Shown: positions 49,280-59,225, counted from the stretch's first letter. The stretch: 64,000 bases of DNA from Candidatus Cloacimonadales bacterium (GCA_963662275.1 OY759316.1:800001-864000); one strand, 5' to 3'. A program made the numbers and translations. The notes: a model not told the origin generated them from the letters alone.

Positions 49280-49530
49280 AGAAGAGAGTACTTGTCATTC
49301 TTTTCATTATTCTCTTAACAGTACTTCTTTTCCTCATTGGCTGTAAAAAAGTATCAAACCCTGAATTTAACATCGATAAACAATCCTGCATGAGCTGTGG
49401 GCGATGTCTGCAAATCTGCCCCTCTGATGCTATCGACTTTGATACCGATGGGAAAGCGCTCATTGATCAGACCAAATGCACGCAATGCGGACGCTGCGTG
49501 AGAGTATGTCCGAAAGATGCGGTGTATTGA
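49276..49530 (+). CDS. Lipoprotein 2x[4Fe-4S] ferredoxin-like protein
   Basis: MKKRVLVILFIILLTVLLFLIG-C lipobox; CMSCGRCLQICP and CTQCGRCVRVCP; 4-bp overlap with the upstream gene. Confidence 0.88.
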   Translation: MKKRVLVILFIILLTVLLFLIGCKKVSNPEFNIDKQSCMSCGRCLQICPSDAIDFDTDGKALIDQTKCTQCGRCVRVCPKDAVY

Positions 49531-50891
49531 TGAAACAGATTATTGTTGGTTTGACTATACTTATACTCAGCACATGCTTACATAGTGTTGTGTATCAATG
49601 GAATGATACTGGTTTTCAGTATCTCATGTCACATAGCTCAAATAATGGAGAAGTAAGTGACAAATCCAGCCGAGAGGATGGCAGCGAGGGTGGAACATCA
49701 AGCTGTACATTTGTCCATGCCGTTGATGTCTCGATAAATAAATTTCTTTCTGCTTTTTTCCAAACTGATTTGAATTGGGAAGATCGCAACCCGAAGAATC
49801 TGATGACCAGCGCTTCGCAACCGGCATCCTTCTATAAAAACTGGCGTGTTTCCGGTGCTTATAATCGTTTCCAGGCTAAAATGGAATACCTGAATGATAA
49901 GCAATATGGAAAGATTCAATATAGAAATCAGTATTTTGCCCCAGGTAAAACAAACAGAAGCTATGTTTTTGTTGTGAATCCAAACTTACCTTGGGATGCA
50001 AAGGAAAGTCTTGCCCATACTCCTACCTTCATCCATGATATTTATACGCAAATGAAATGGGAGACAAGTCAGGGTTCTTTTGAAATTGGAGAAAGAGTTC
50101 GAATTTCGGAATACGACTTGGCAATGTGGGATGATCTGGGAGCTCGTCATCAAATTCCAACTCAGAGGGATGAGAACTTTTTCAATGCGCAAGCGAAAAT
50201 TAACACAGTTCCCTATCTATTTCTTCTTGCGAACGCATATTCCAAACATGACAATACGGATGATTATTTTGATCTCACTCATTATGGGTTTGGTGTTGCT
50301 TTTGATAGAAGATTCGACTTTTTCCATATGCTGGATGCAAGTGTTCAATATGACAGGATGAAATCAGACAAGTATTCCAAAGACCCTATATCAAAAGATG
50401 AAAGAGAGAATTATGTAACCAGTCAACTGCGATATACACATAGGGTGGGAAATAATCTGACAGCCTTCGTTTCATATATCAATCGCTCCGTCTATTCCAA
50501 AGACCAGGAGAGTATGCTGCTTATTTCCAATATGGTTCGACTGCAGGCAAGATACTCTTTCGCAAATGATCTTAATGGGGATTCCTACATCATTATTGGT
50601 GGGAAACTCAGCCAGGAAAACAAGACATCTCTCGTTTTTGGAGAATTCAATTATCCCGTGATTCCAAAGCTGTATGTGAATATGACAGATAAATATTCTC
50701 CAACCTATCTTTATGATAATGCAGGAGTGAAGGAGACAGCTCATGAAAATGAAGTTAGCGTGGGTTTGAACTTCTATTTCACACCTTGGCAACTGGTTTA
50801 TGTTTCTGATACTTTCAGCCTGATAGGGAAAAAAGGGTTGGTTCCTTCCTCTCAGCAGTTGATATCCTTCGGTACGAAATTGGTCTTTTAA
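49530..50891 (+). CDS. Putative outer-membrane beta-barrel protein
   Basis: Signal peptide, many aromatic-rich amphipathic strands and C-terminal ISFGTKLVF ending in Phe; TGATG coupling to the upstream gene. Confidence 0.7.
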   Translation: MKQIIVGLTILILSTCLHSVVYQWNDTGFQYLMSHSSNNGEVSDKSSREDGSEGGTSSCTFVHAVDVSINKFLSAFFQTDLNWEDRNPKNLMTSASQPASFYKNWRVSGAYNRFQAKMEYLNDKQYGKIQYRNQYFAPGKTNRSYVFVVNPNLPWDAKESLAHTPTFIHDIYTQMKWETSQGSFEIGERVRISEYDLAMWDDLGARHQIPTQRDENFFNAQAKINTVPYLFLLANAYSKHDNTDDYFDLTHYGFGVAFDRRFDFFHMLDASVQYDRMKSDKYSKDPISKDERENYVTSQLRYTHRVGNNLTAFVSYINRSVYSKDQESMLLISNMVRLQARYSFANDLNGDSYIIIGGKLSQENKTSLVFGEFNYPVIPKLYVNMTDKYSPTYLYDNAGVKETAHENEVSVGLNFYFTPWQLVYVSDTFSLIGKKGLVPSSQQLISFGTKLVF

Positions 50892-50903
50892 ACTTGGAGT
50901 AGG

Positions 50904-51896
50904 ATGTATTTTAAGACACTGATAGAGGGATTTTTACTTGGATTGTCCACAGGGACGATCTGTCTTTTAACATGCACACCCATCTATTTACCTTATTTAG
51001 CAACTGAAAAAAGGCAACTGAAAGAGAATTTCTGGAAAGTCATGGAAATCTCTTTCGGACGTTTCTTTTCCTATCTTGCTTTTGGTGCTTTGGCTGGATG
51101 GCTGGGAGCGCAAATTGCGGATATTGACCGTACCCTTTACACAGGAATTGCCTATATACTGCTTTCCGGCTTTTTAGTCCTGACTAGTGTCAGAACTTCT
51201 AAACAGGAAAAACACTGCCCCATTCCCTTTTATCTGAAATTAACAAAAAGCGCATTTCTAATGGGTGTTCTGACAGGGATAAATTTTTGCCCGTCTTTCC
51301 TGATTGCCGTTTCCAAGGCGGTTGATTTGGCTGGAGTGTTCAGTGGTATTATGTTGTTCATGGGTTTCTTTGTTGGAACGACTCTATTCCTGCTTCCTCT
51401 CGCTTTCACGGGAATGCTGGCTTCCATTGGGAAAATGAAATACTACGCCCGTATCGCAGCAGTTCTTATCGCAGTTTGGTTTGTGGGTCAAGGTGGCTGG
51501 AATATTTACAGTCATTTCCACCAGGTTGAAGTGAATAAACATTCAAGAATACTCAATCCTGCCGATCCGGAGACGAAGATACTGTTAGTGGCTAATCCAG
51601 CGGATAGTATCTATTTTAATGTTCTCGCCGATTCGCTTTTTCTCTTTAAAACCATGAATTTCTCATATGTTCAAATGGACAAAATTGATTTAACAGAGAT
51701 TGACAAGTATGGGAAGAATTCTCTTATTATCATGGATAATGACTTATACAGTAAAGAACTTGACCCAAAATTCCAAACAAGAGATTTGTTTCTTGTGGAA
51801 AATGAATACTCCATTGAGTCAATCATGAACTTTCTGCGAACACGGAATATCAAGGTTGGACAGAACCAGGGTGCGCGCTGGGATTTTAAAAAGTAG
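50904..51896 (+). CDS. DsbD_2/TauE-SafE-like polytopic membrane protein with a C-terminal soluble domain
   Basis: GFLLGLSTG..C...C.P, GRFFSY..FG...G.LG, G..TG.NFCP and FF.GT pattern; about 6-7 TM helices. Confidence 0.78.
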   Translation: MYFKTLIEGFLLGLSTGTICLLTCTPIYLPYLATEKRQLKENFWKVMEISFGRFFSYLAFGALAGWLGAQIADIDRTLYTGIAYILLSGFLVLTSVRTSKQEKHCPIPFYLKLTKSAFLMGVLTGINFCPSFLIAVSKAVDLAGVFSGIMLFMGFFVGTTLFLLPLAFTGMLASIGKMKYYARIAAVLIAVWFVGQGGWNIYSHFHQVEVNKHSRILNPADPETKILLVANPADSIYFNVLADSLFLFKTMNFSYVQMDKIDLTEIDKYGKNSLIIMDNDLYSKELDPKFQTRDLFLVENEYSIESIMNFLRTRNIKVGQNQGARWDFKK

Positions 51897-51920
51897 TGCA
51901 CGACCTCCGGGCGTGCAATT

Positions 51921-52010
51921 AGAAGGCAGCCAGGGATGTCAGAAGGCTGCCAGGGATGTCAGCCCCTACGGTCAACATGAAGAAGGCTGCCAGGGATGTC
52001 AGCCCCTACG
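51921..52010. repeat. GTAG-type REP repeats (two full, one partial)
   Basis: The minus strand reads GTAGG-GGCTGAC-ATCCCT-GGCAGCC twice, an imperfect hairpin. Confidence 0.75.
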
Positions 52011-52037
52011 TGTAAGATTCATACAACAAGGACTTAT

Positions 52038-52718
52038 ATGAATATCATCCAAATCAAAGATCTGAGAAAAGAATACGACATGGGGAAAGTATCAGTTATT
52101 GCTTTGAACGGTGTGGATATGAACATTGAGCAGGGGGAATTCGTAGCGATTATGGGTCCTTCTGGTTCGGGTAAAAGTACTTTAATGCACATTATCGGTT
52201 GCCTGGATAGTCCTACGACTGGTACCTATTATTTGGACAGCAAGGAAGTCAGTAAGCTTTCAAAATCAGAACTGGCAGCAGTCAGAAATAAAGAGATCGG
52301 GTTTGTTTTCCAGACCTTCAATTTGCTTCCACATCTGAATATTATGTTAAATGTCGAACTTCCTCTCATGTATGCTGGATTCAATCGGGTGAAAAGAAAA
52401 ACACGTGCCCGTGAGGTCTTGGAATCCGTGGGACTGAGTGATCGATTGAACCACAAGCCTTCAGAGCTTTCTGGAGGACAGAGACAGCGTGTTGCTATTG
52501 CACGAGCGATTGTTAATCATCCATCGATCATTCTTGCTGATGAACCTACAGGAAACTTGGACAGTCAATCCGGTACCGATATTTTAAGCATATTTTCTGA
52601 TTTGCATAAAGAAGGACATACGATTATCATGGTTACACACGATCTTGCAGTCTCACAATCCGCAGACCGGGTCATCAAGATCATTGATGGAAGGATAGTC
52701 AATGGCGATCTCGCTTAA
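52038..52718 (+). CDS. ABC transporter ATP-binding protein (MacB/LolD-like)
   Basis: GPSGSGKST, LSGGQRQRVAIARA, ILADEPTGNLD and MVTHD. Confidence 0.95.
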   Translation: MNIIQIKDLRKEYDMGKVSVIALNGVDMNIEQGEFVAIMGPSGSGKSTLMHIIGCLDSPTTGTYYLDSKEVSKLSKSELAAVRNKEIGFVFQTFNLLPHLNIMLNVELPLMYAGFNRVKRKTRAREVLESVGLSDRLNHKPSELSGGQRQRVAIARAIVNHPSIILADEPTGNLDSQSGTDILSIFSDLHKEGHTIIMVTHDLAVSQSADRVIKIIDGRIVNGDLA

Positions 52719-53931
52719 GGAATCCATTATCGTTGGATTCTCAGATTTCTGGTCTCGTAAGATCAGGAGCCTGGTCACCATCACCGGGATTATTTTGGGT
52801 ACGATGTCTATCATCGTTGTTTTAGCCATCGTGAACGGGGTTAATAAAAGCACTTTGGCTTGGATGTCTGAACGAGGAGGACTGACTAAAATTGAAGTAG
52901 GAAGGAATTGGCAGTATGATGAACAAGGTGTGGGGAAAAGATATTTTACGTTACGTGAGTTAAATTTCATTCATTCTAAAATTCCTGAAGTTATTGCCTT
53001 TAATCCTCAGATGGAAAATTATGGCAAATATAGAAACGGTAGTAAAACATATAGTGCACAAATTATTGGGGTTTTACCCGATTATGCCATAGCAGAGGAA
53101 TGGACAACAGACCAGGGGAGATTTATCTCGAAGTATGATGAAGACTTGAGTAATAATGTTGTTGTCCTGGGTACGGCAACGAAAAAAGCACTTTTTGGAA
53201 GTAGAAACGCCTTAGGTGAATATATTTCTATGGGAAATCTTCAATTGCGAGTGATCGGGATCATGAAAGAAAAGATATTTAAGCAGCCTGGAGGGGGCTT
53301 TGGGGGTGGAAATATGCTGGAATACCTGAATTACCAGACATTTATTCCCTTGAGTACGATGATTCACAAAATCACAGGCCAGGATCAATTCGAAAGTTTC
53401 AGCGTAAAAGTACCTGATCCTGAATCTGCAACAGAGATTCGACAGAAACTGGAAGCATTACTTCTTAATTTACGTAATGGAAAACCCATATTTGAAGTGC
53501 AATCTGCCCAGGAACAAATGGAATCCATGAAAAAGAACAGTTTCCTTTTCCAGGTCATTTTCTTCCTGGTAGCCTCAATATCACTCATGGTTGGTGGTAT
53601 TGTGATTATGAATATCATGCTTGCTACGATCCAGGAAAGAACACGTGAGATAGGCATCAGGCTTGCTGTTGGCGCTCGAAGGATAGATATTTTCCTGCAA
53701 TTCCTTATTCAGACAGTTTTAATCACAACTATCGGTGGTATTCTGGGAATTGCCATCGGCTTTGCTATCCTGAAATATGTAGGTAAATTCCTGAATACTG
53801 TAGTCGCAGCTTCAGGAACAATGGTCTTGGTTGCTTTAATCGTGTCAGCAGGTGTTGGCTTGATATTTGGTATCTTTCCAGCCATACGTGCAAGTAATAT
53901 GGATCCTGTTGAGGCTTTACGAAATGAATAA
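52702..53931 (+). CDS. MacB/FtsX-type ABC permease
   Basis: RSLVT..GI..G, periplasmic domain, GGIVIMNIML..I.ERTREIGIR.AVGA and PA.RAS.MDPVEALR. Confidence 0.93.
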   Translation: MAISLKESIIVGFSDFWSRKIRSLVTITGIILGTMSIIVVLAIVNGVNKSTLAWMSERGGLTKIEVGRNWQYDEQGVGKRYFTLRELNFIHSKIPEVIAFNPQMENYGKYRNGSKTYSAQIIGVLPDYAIAEEWTTDQGRFISKYDEDLSNNVVVLGTATKKALFGSRNALGEYISMGNLQLRVIGIMKEKIFKQPGGGFGGGNMLEYLNYQTFIPLSTMIHKITGQDQFESFSVKVPDPESATEIRQKLEALLLNLRNGKPIFEVQSAQEQMESMKKNSFLFQVIFFLVASISLMVGGIVIMNIMLATIQERTREIGIRLAVGARRIDIFLQFLIQTVLITTIGGILGIAIGFAILKYVGKFLNTVVAASGTMVLVALIVSAGVGLIFGIFPAIRASNMDPVEALRNE

Positions 53932-55000
53932 AATTATTGTGAAAATCAACAAGAAAATCTTAGGCTCAATATCAGATGTATTATGTTACATCACAGACCC
54001 TGATCGGGGCTTGAGTGATGCCAGGAAAACCTGGAAATTCCTCAAACTCTTCTATGTAAAGGCTGCCCAGGAAAAGGTACTTTCAGTGGCAGCAACGCTG
54101 ACATATATTACTTTGCTGGGGTTTATTCCTTTTTTAATTTTTGTGTTTTATTTACTTCCCTTACTTCCCTTTCTAAATTTTCAATCACGCTTGGAAGATA
54201 TCATTTTCAAGAATTTCCTGCCCACTTCTGCAAACCAGGTTTCCATCTATCTCAGCCAGATTATGGAAAAAAGAGTTACTTTCAATATAGTCAGCTTCGT
54301 TGCCATGATGATTACTTCTTATTCTTTGTTCAGGGTGATCAGTAATGCCTTTGACAGAGTGCTTCTCCCCGATATTGAATATAAAGCGGATAAGATGAAC
54401 CAGGTGATGCGTTTTTTCGGAACCATCATATTTGGTTTTATTATCACACTTGTTCTATTTTCTTCCACTTCCATCCCTCTTATTTCGGGAATCCTACAAG
54501 TACCTTTCTTAAATTCTGTGGCGACCTATCTCATTCCATTTGTCGCTCAATTTCTTATCATTTTATTCCTCTATTTATTTATGCCGACGATTAAGGTGAA
54601 AAGATCTGCCCTGCTAAAAGGTGCGATTATAACCACGATTTTCTGGATACTGGGAAAAGTCTTATTTGATTACTATATTACGAATCTGACCCATTACAAA
54701 GCCATCTATGGAGTCTTAGCTCTAATTCCGATATTCCTGTTCTGGATGTATGTGAATTGGGTCATCATACTCGGGGGAATTGTTTTGGTTTCAATATTTG
54801 AATACAAGGATCAAGCTATTTTGAATCGTGCTGAAGTAACGAAGAGAATCCGAATGACTCTTGAATTTTATGTCGATGAAAAATTACGCAGTAAATTAGA
54901 GAAGTTCTTCCCGGATAAGGACGTACTCAAATTGCTGAAAGCATATGAAAAGGCTGGCAAAAATGATAAGAATGAGCAAGATGATGAATCCAAAGAATAA
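53924..55000 (+). CDS. YihY/virulence factor BrkB family membrane protein
   Basis: AATLTY.TLL..IP and IYG.LA.IPIFL.W.Y..W.I.L.G. Confidence 0.88.
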   Translation: MNKIIVKINKKILGSISDVLCYITDPDRGLSDARKTWKFLKLFYVKAAQEKVLSVAATLTYITLLGFIPFLIFVFYLLPLLPFLNFQSRLEDIIFKNFLPTSANQVSIYLSQIMEKRVTFNIVSFVAMMITSYSLFRVISNAFDRVLLPDIEYKADKMNQVMRFFGTIIFGFIITLVLFSSTSIPLISGILQVPFLNSVATYLIPFVAQFLIILFLYLFMPTIKVKRSALLKGAIITTIFWILGKVLFDYYITNLTHYKAIYGVLALIPIFLFWMYVNWVIILGGIVLVSIFEYKDQAILNRAEVTKRIRMTLEFYVDEKLRSKLEKFFPDKDVLKLLKAYEKAGKNDKNEQDDESKE

Positions 55001-56519
55001 AGCGTTAATCAGTGTTAGTGACAAAACCGGAATATTAGATTTTGCATCTGCTTTAGTAAAACTGAACTATGAGATCATCAGCACAGGCGGTACTGCTAAT
55101 ATACTGAGAGAAAATGGAATTCCAGTGACAAATGCAGCAGAGATCACAGGTTTCCCTGAAATTATGGATGGAAGAGTCAAAACACTGCATCCCTTTATCC
55201 ATGGCGGTATCCTGGCAGACCGGGATAAACCGGAGCATCTACGGATTGCAGAAGATATGGGAATCGGTTTGATCGATGTGGTGGTTGTCAATTTGTACCC
55301 TTTTAAAACGACTTTACAGAAAAAGAACGTCTCAGAAGAAGAAATTATTGAGAATATAGATATCGGTGGTCCTTCCATGATAAGGGCTGCTGCGAAAAAT
55401 TATAAATATGTCTCGATATTGACAGACCCGCAGGATTTCACAGCTTTCCTGGAACAGATGAATACTATTGGCAACACCAGCCTGGAATTTCGTAAGTATC
55501 TAGCTGCAAAAGCATTTACGCATACTGCTGATTATGATACGCATATTGCATCTTATTTCAACAAAGACTTGGCAATACCGGAATATCTGCAATTATCCAT
55601 GCCTTTATCCATGACGATGAGATATGGTGAAAACCCGCATCAGTTGGGTTCTTATTATATTGATGACATGCATTCGTGTATAAAGGTGCTGCATGGTAAA
55701 CTACCTTCCTATAATAATTTCCTGGATATAGATGCTGCGCTTCGATTGATCGTGAATTTTGAACACCCTTCAACAGCTATCCTGAAACATACAAACCCTT
55801 GCGGTGTAGGCTCTGATGAAGATCTTTTTGCTTCCTATATGAAGGCATTTATCACTGACCCAACTTCTGCATTTGGGGGAATTGTTGTTGTGAATCGTTC
55901 TTTAGACATGAAAACCGCAGAATACATCAATAAGATATTCACTGAGATCATCCTGGCACCTGGCTTCTCACCGGATGTACTAGCATTCCTGATGAAGAAA
56001 AAAGACAGGAGACTCATACAGTACGATCCATTGCAGGTGAAGGAACTGACGCATCAGAAAACAGTGCAATCCTGCCTGGGTGGTGTACTGGTTCAGCAAA
56101 TCGATTTGGGGCATGATAAACCGGAGGATTGGAAAGTGATGACCAAACGGCAACCTTCGGAAAAAGAAATGGAAGCTATGATCTTCGGCTGGAAAGTCGT
56201 TTCCATGTTGAAATCCAACGCCATCGCTTTTACGATTGCAGAAGCGACCGTCGGTATGGGAACAGGGCAAATGAGCAGGATTGATTCTCTGAACATAGCT
56301 GCCCAAAAAGCCAAAGAATTTGATCATGATATCTCCAAGTCAATTTGTGCCTCGGATGGATTCTTCCCATTTAGAGATAGCATAGAAGCTCTTCATAATC
56401 TGGGAGTGAAAGCAGTGATTCAACCCGGTGGTTCCAAATCTGATGCTGAAGTAATCAATGCCTGTGATGAATTCAATATAGCCATGATATTTACCGGTAT
56501 GAGGCATTTCCGTCATTAA
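54981..56519 (+). CDS. purH: Bifunctional AICAR transformylase/IMP cyclohydrolase
   Basis: ALISVSDKTG, GRVKTLHP, IDIGGPSM, RYGENPHQ, KHTNPCG, SDGFFPF, IQPGGS and TGMRHFRH. Confidence 0.98.
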   Translation: MMNPKNKALISVSDKTGILDFASALVKLNYEIISTGGTANILRENGIPVTNAAEITGFPEIMDGRVKTLHPFIHGGILADRDKPEHLRIAEDMGIGLIDVVVVNLYPFKTTLQKKNVSEEEIIENIDIGGPSMIRAAAKNYKYVSILTDPQDFTAFLEQMNTIGNTSLEFRKYLAAKAFTHTADYDTHIASYFNKDLAIPEYLQLSMPLSMTMRYGENPHQLGSYYIDDMHSCIKVLHGKLPSYNNFLDIDAALRLIVNFEHPSTAILKHTNPCGVGSDEDLFASYMKAFITDPTSAFGGIVVVNRSLDMKTAEYINKIFTEIILAPGFSPDVLAFLMKKKDRRLIQYDPLQVKELTHQKTVQSCLGGVLVQQIDLGHDKPEDWKVMTKRQPSEKEMEAMIFGWKVVSMLKSNAIAFTIAEATVGMGTGQMSRIDSLNIAAQKAKEFDHDISKSICASDGFFPFRDSIEALHNLGVKAVIQPGGSKSDAEVINACDEFNIAMIFTGMRHFRH

Positions 56520-56631
56520 TTAAATTGACAGGAACACCGGATTTTTAAACATGCAATTCTGTTACGGAGATTATTAATGGGTTGCTGAACTCCGATTCGG
56601 CAATGCCACTATTATCATCCCGTACTTTGAT

Positions 56632-56725
56632 GGAGATGTGTCCGAGCTGGTTGAAGGAGCACGATTGGAAATCGTGTATATGCGCAAAACGTGTATCTAG
56701 GGTTCGAACCCCTACATCTCCGCCA
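56632..56725 (+). tRNA. tRNA-Ser(GGA)
   Basis: Acceptor stem GGAGATG/CATCTCC, discriminator G and encoded CCA; anticodon arm CACGA-TTGGAAA-TCGTG; long variable arm; GGTTCGAAC T-loop. Confidence 0.96.
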
Positions 56726-56732
56726 GATTTTT

Positions 56733-56766
56733 AAAGCCCGACTGATTTTATCAGTCGGGCTTTTTT
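56733..56766 (+). terminator. Intrinsic terminator after tRNA-Ser; 5' flank of the intron
   Basis: AAAGCCCGACTGA-TTTTA-TCAGTCGGGCTTT with a T-run. Confidence 0.9.
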
Positions 56767-58878
56767 GTTTGCCCAGAATGTTTTCTGCGCCGATGGACTG
56801 GAAGAAGTCCTGACACCTAATCAGCGGGAAGTCAACTCGAGGTCAAGGGCGTTGCCGGCAACGGCAGGGTCTGAAGTAAGACGCAGAGGGAATATGGAAC
56901 ATAGCGCAAGTGAACTGATGTTGGTTTGTAGAGTGGGTAACCTTTCAAAAAGTGGGAAAGCCCGAAAGCTGGATATCTCTACAGATTATGACAGATGGCT
57001 TCATATTCAGGCAGGAGAACTTAACTGGGGAAGCCTGTTATTGTCTACTTAAGGTAGTCGTTTCGATCAAGTTGAAAGATAAGTGAGAAGCCAAGCGATA
57101 GCAGGTGGCAGATGATTCCGTAGTAGTGACAAACCTTTTGCCTATGAAAGCTGGTGACAGTCTGGAGGATAAAACAAAAGGGACAGCATTCACGGTAATG
57201 CTGAGGGCTGTATCTCAAAAGGATACAGTTCATGCGAAGGGATGAAGATAATCCAAAGGGATGATTTGAAATGTGGAAAGTAATCGATGAAAAGTGAGAA
57301 ACGAAGGAAGAAGCTGAAATGCTTCGAGGCTCGGTTTGACAGTGGTGACGAACTTCCTTTCAACCCCGACCGCACGAGACTGATTAGTCAGGCAAAGCTC
57401 AAAAGCAGCAGTTCTGTCATATTGCTATATGCTAAAGAAGGCAGGACACCCTGATGAAGAGACATTCATCCTCGATGAACACCGCAAAACGAATCACAAT
57501 GAGACAGGAAATGTCATGAGAAAATACTACAGCTTAATCGACAAGGTGTACTCCCTGCCCAATTTGTATGCTTCCTTTACTTCGGTGAAACGGAATAAAG
57601 GTGCATCAGGCATTGATGGGCAGAGTATAGAAAACTTTGACGAACAACTGGCAGTGAACATCAACCAACTTCACGACGAACTAATGGCAGGTACTTACGA
57701 GCCATCACCTGTAAGGCGGTTAGAGATACCCAAACCCAATGGCAAAATGAGACCGCTTGGCATTCCAACGGTAAGAGACAGAGTAGTGCAGCAGGCAATC
57801 CTGAATATCATACAACCGATATTTGAGCCTGACTTCCATCCGTCCAGTTATGGTTACAGACCGCATCGGTCTTGCCAACATGCCGTAGCGAAAGCTCAGC
57901 GTTTTCTTACAGCGTACAATTTGGGTTATGCTGTGAATATGGACTTATCCAAGTGTTTTGACACCTTAGACCACGAACTGATATTGAGCCGTCTGAACAG
58001 GAAAATCAGTGATGGTACATTGCTGAGATTAATCAGCCGTTTTCTCAAATCAGGAGTAATGGTCGATGGGGATTTCAAAGCTACTGAGATAGGCAGTCCG
58101 CAAGGTGGAGTAATCTCACCCTTATTGATGAATATCTATCTGGATGAGTTCGACCAGAGGATGAAACAGCGGAACATCAGGATAGTACGTTATGCTGATG
58201 ACATCCTGATATTTGCTCCGACCAGGAAAAAGGCAGAGCAATATCAAAGGATCGCGACAGCGATACTTGAAGAACTTCGCTTGCAAGTCAATCTGGAAAA
58301 GACTCATATCAGCAGTGTCGAAACAGGAATCAGCTATCTGGGATTTTTCATCAAAGGAAGCCGTGTCTGCATCGACAAGGAGCGTTTGAAACGTTTCAAG
58401 GATAAGATACGTAAGCTTACTCCCCGCAACAGTGGCATCCCAATATCCATGACGATAGGAAGCCTGAATCCTGTACTAAGGGGATGGGGTAACTATTTCA
58501 AAGTTGCGAGTTGTAAAAGCATCTTTGCGAGCCTGATGGAATGGATACGAAGGAGGCTTCGAATGAAGAAGATGCGTGAATGGAAGAGCTGGAAAGCATT
58601 CCATAAAGCAATGCGCAGACAAGGCTTCAAGGGAGAATGCCCAAAACTATCTATGACCAGATGGCGTAACGCTCAGAGCTTCCACTTATGCTTTGCCTTG
58701 CCGAACAAGTGGTTTGAAGAAATGAAGTTGTTTGATTTGACATCACTTCAGACAAGTGTTTTATTTAATTACTACGAGTAATTACAAGGATTATCAGGAG
58801 CCGTGTACGAGACCCGTACGCACGGTTCTGTGAGAGGGATGATGCTGGAATTAATTAGCCAGCATCACCCTACTCGAT
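56767..58878 (+). mobile_element. Group II intron, IIC-like (terminator-targeting)
   Basis: 5' end GTTTGCCCAGAATG directly after the terminator T-run; domain V GAGCCGTGTACGAGACCCGTACGCACGGTTC at ~58798-58828; domain VI hairpin ending CCCTACTCGAT; encodes an RT. Confidence 0.9.
57516..58781 (+). CDS. ltrA: Group II intron reverse transcriptase/maturase without endonuclease domain
   Basis: V..NKGA.GIDG, IPKPNGKMRPLGIPTVRDRVVQQA, SYGYRP, DLSKCFD, GSPQGGVISPLL, RYADD and LRGWGNYF; no HNH. Likely ATG 57516 (frame open from 57429). Confidence 0.96.
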   Translation: MRKYYSLIDKVYSLPNLYASFTSVKRNKGASGIDGQSIENFDEQLAVNINQLHDELMAGTYEPSPVRRLEIPKPNGKMRPLGIPTVRDRVVQQAILNIIQPIFEPDFHPSSYGYRPHRSCQHAVAKAQRFLTAYNLGYAVNMDLSKCFDTLDHELILSRLNRKISDGTLLRLISRFLKSGVMVDGDFKATEIGSPQGGVISPLLMNIYLDEFDQRMKQRNIRIVRYADDILIFAPTRKKAEQYQRIATAILEELRLQVNLEKTHISSVETGISYLGFFIKGSRVCIDKERLKRFKDKIRKLTPRNSGIPISMTIGSLNPVLRGWGNYFKVASCKSIFASLMEWIRRRLRMKKMREWKSWKAFHKAMRRQGFKGECPKLSMTRWRNAQSFHLCFALPNKWFEEMKLFDLTSLQTSVLFNYYE

Positions 58879-59225
58879 TGCGTAAAGCAAGACGCCGATC
58901 TTGCTGTCTGCTCTTCGTAAAGCAAGATTCCGATCCTACTGAATATGTAGCATCCACTTAAGCGTGTGCATATTTTCCGCCAACCATGCAGAAAAGACCC
59001 CCCTACCCCCCTTATCAATGGGGGATGGAGAGCAGAACAGATTTCCTGTCATAAATCACACAAGCTATTATACATTTACCAGAAAAACACAAGTGAAGTA
59101 TTATATGTATTAATGGAAATATCAGAAAATGATGCTATACTAAAAAAAGAACTTGACTAGGATATAGTATTACATAATAAAAAATAAGTTCTATATTTGG
59201 ATAATAATCGATCAAGGAGGAGATT

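Noticed and set aside
56765..57375. Short ORFs upstream of the RT
   Set aside because: They overlap the intron's 5' RNA region and have no protein motifs.
57429..58781. DGR, retron or defence-associated reverse transcriptase
   Set aside because: It has full group II RT0-7 plus maturase motifs, followed by domains V and VI; no TR/VR pair or avd gene was seen.
56632..58878. tRNA-integrated genomic island
   Set aside because: No duplicated tRNA 3' end or adjacent integrase was seen; the insertion is a group II intron after the terminator.
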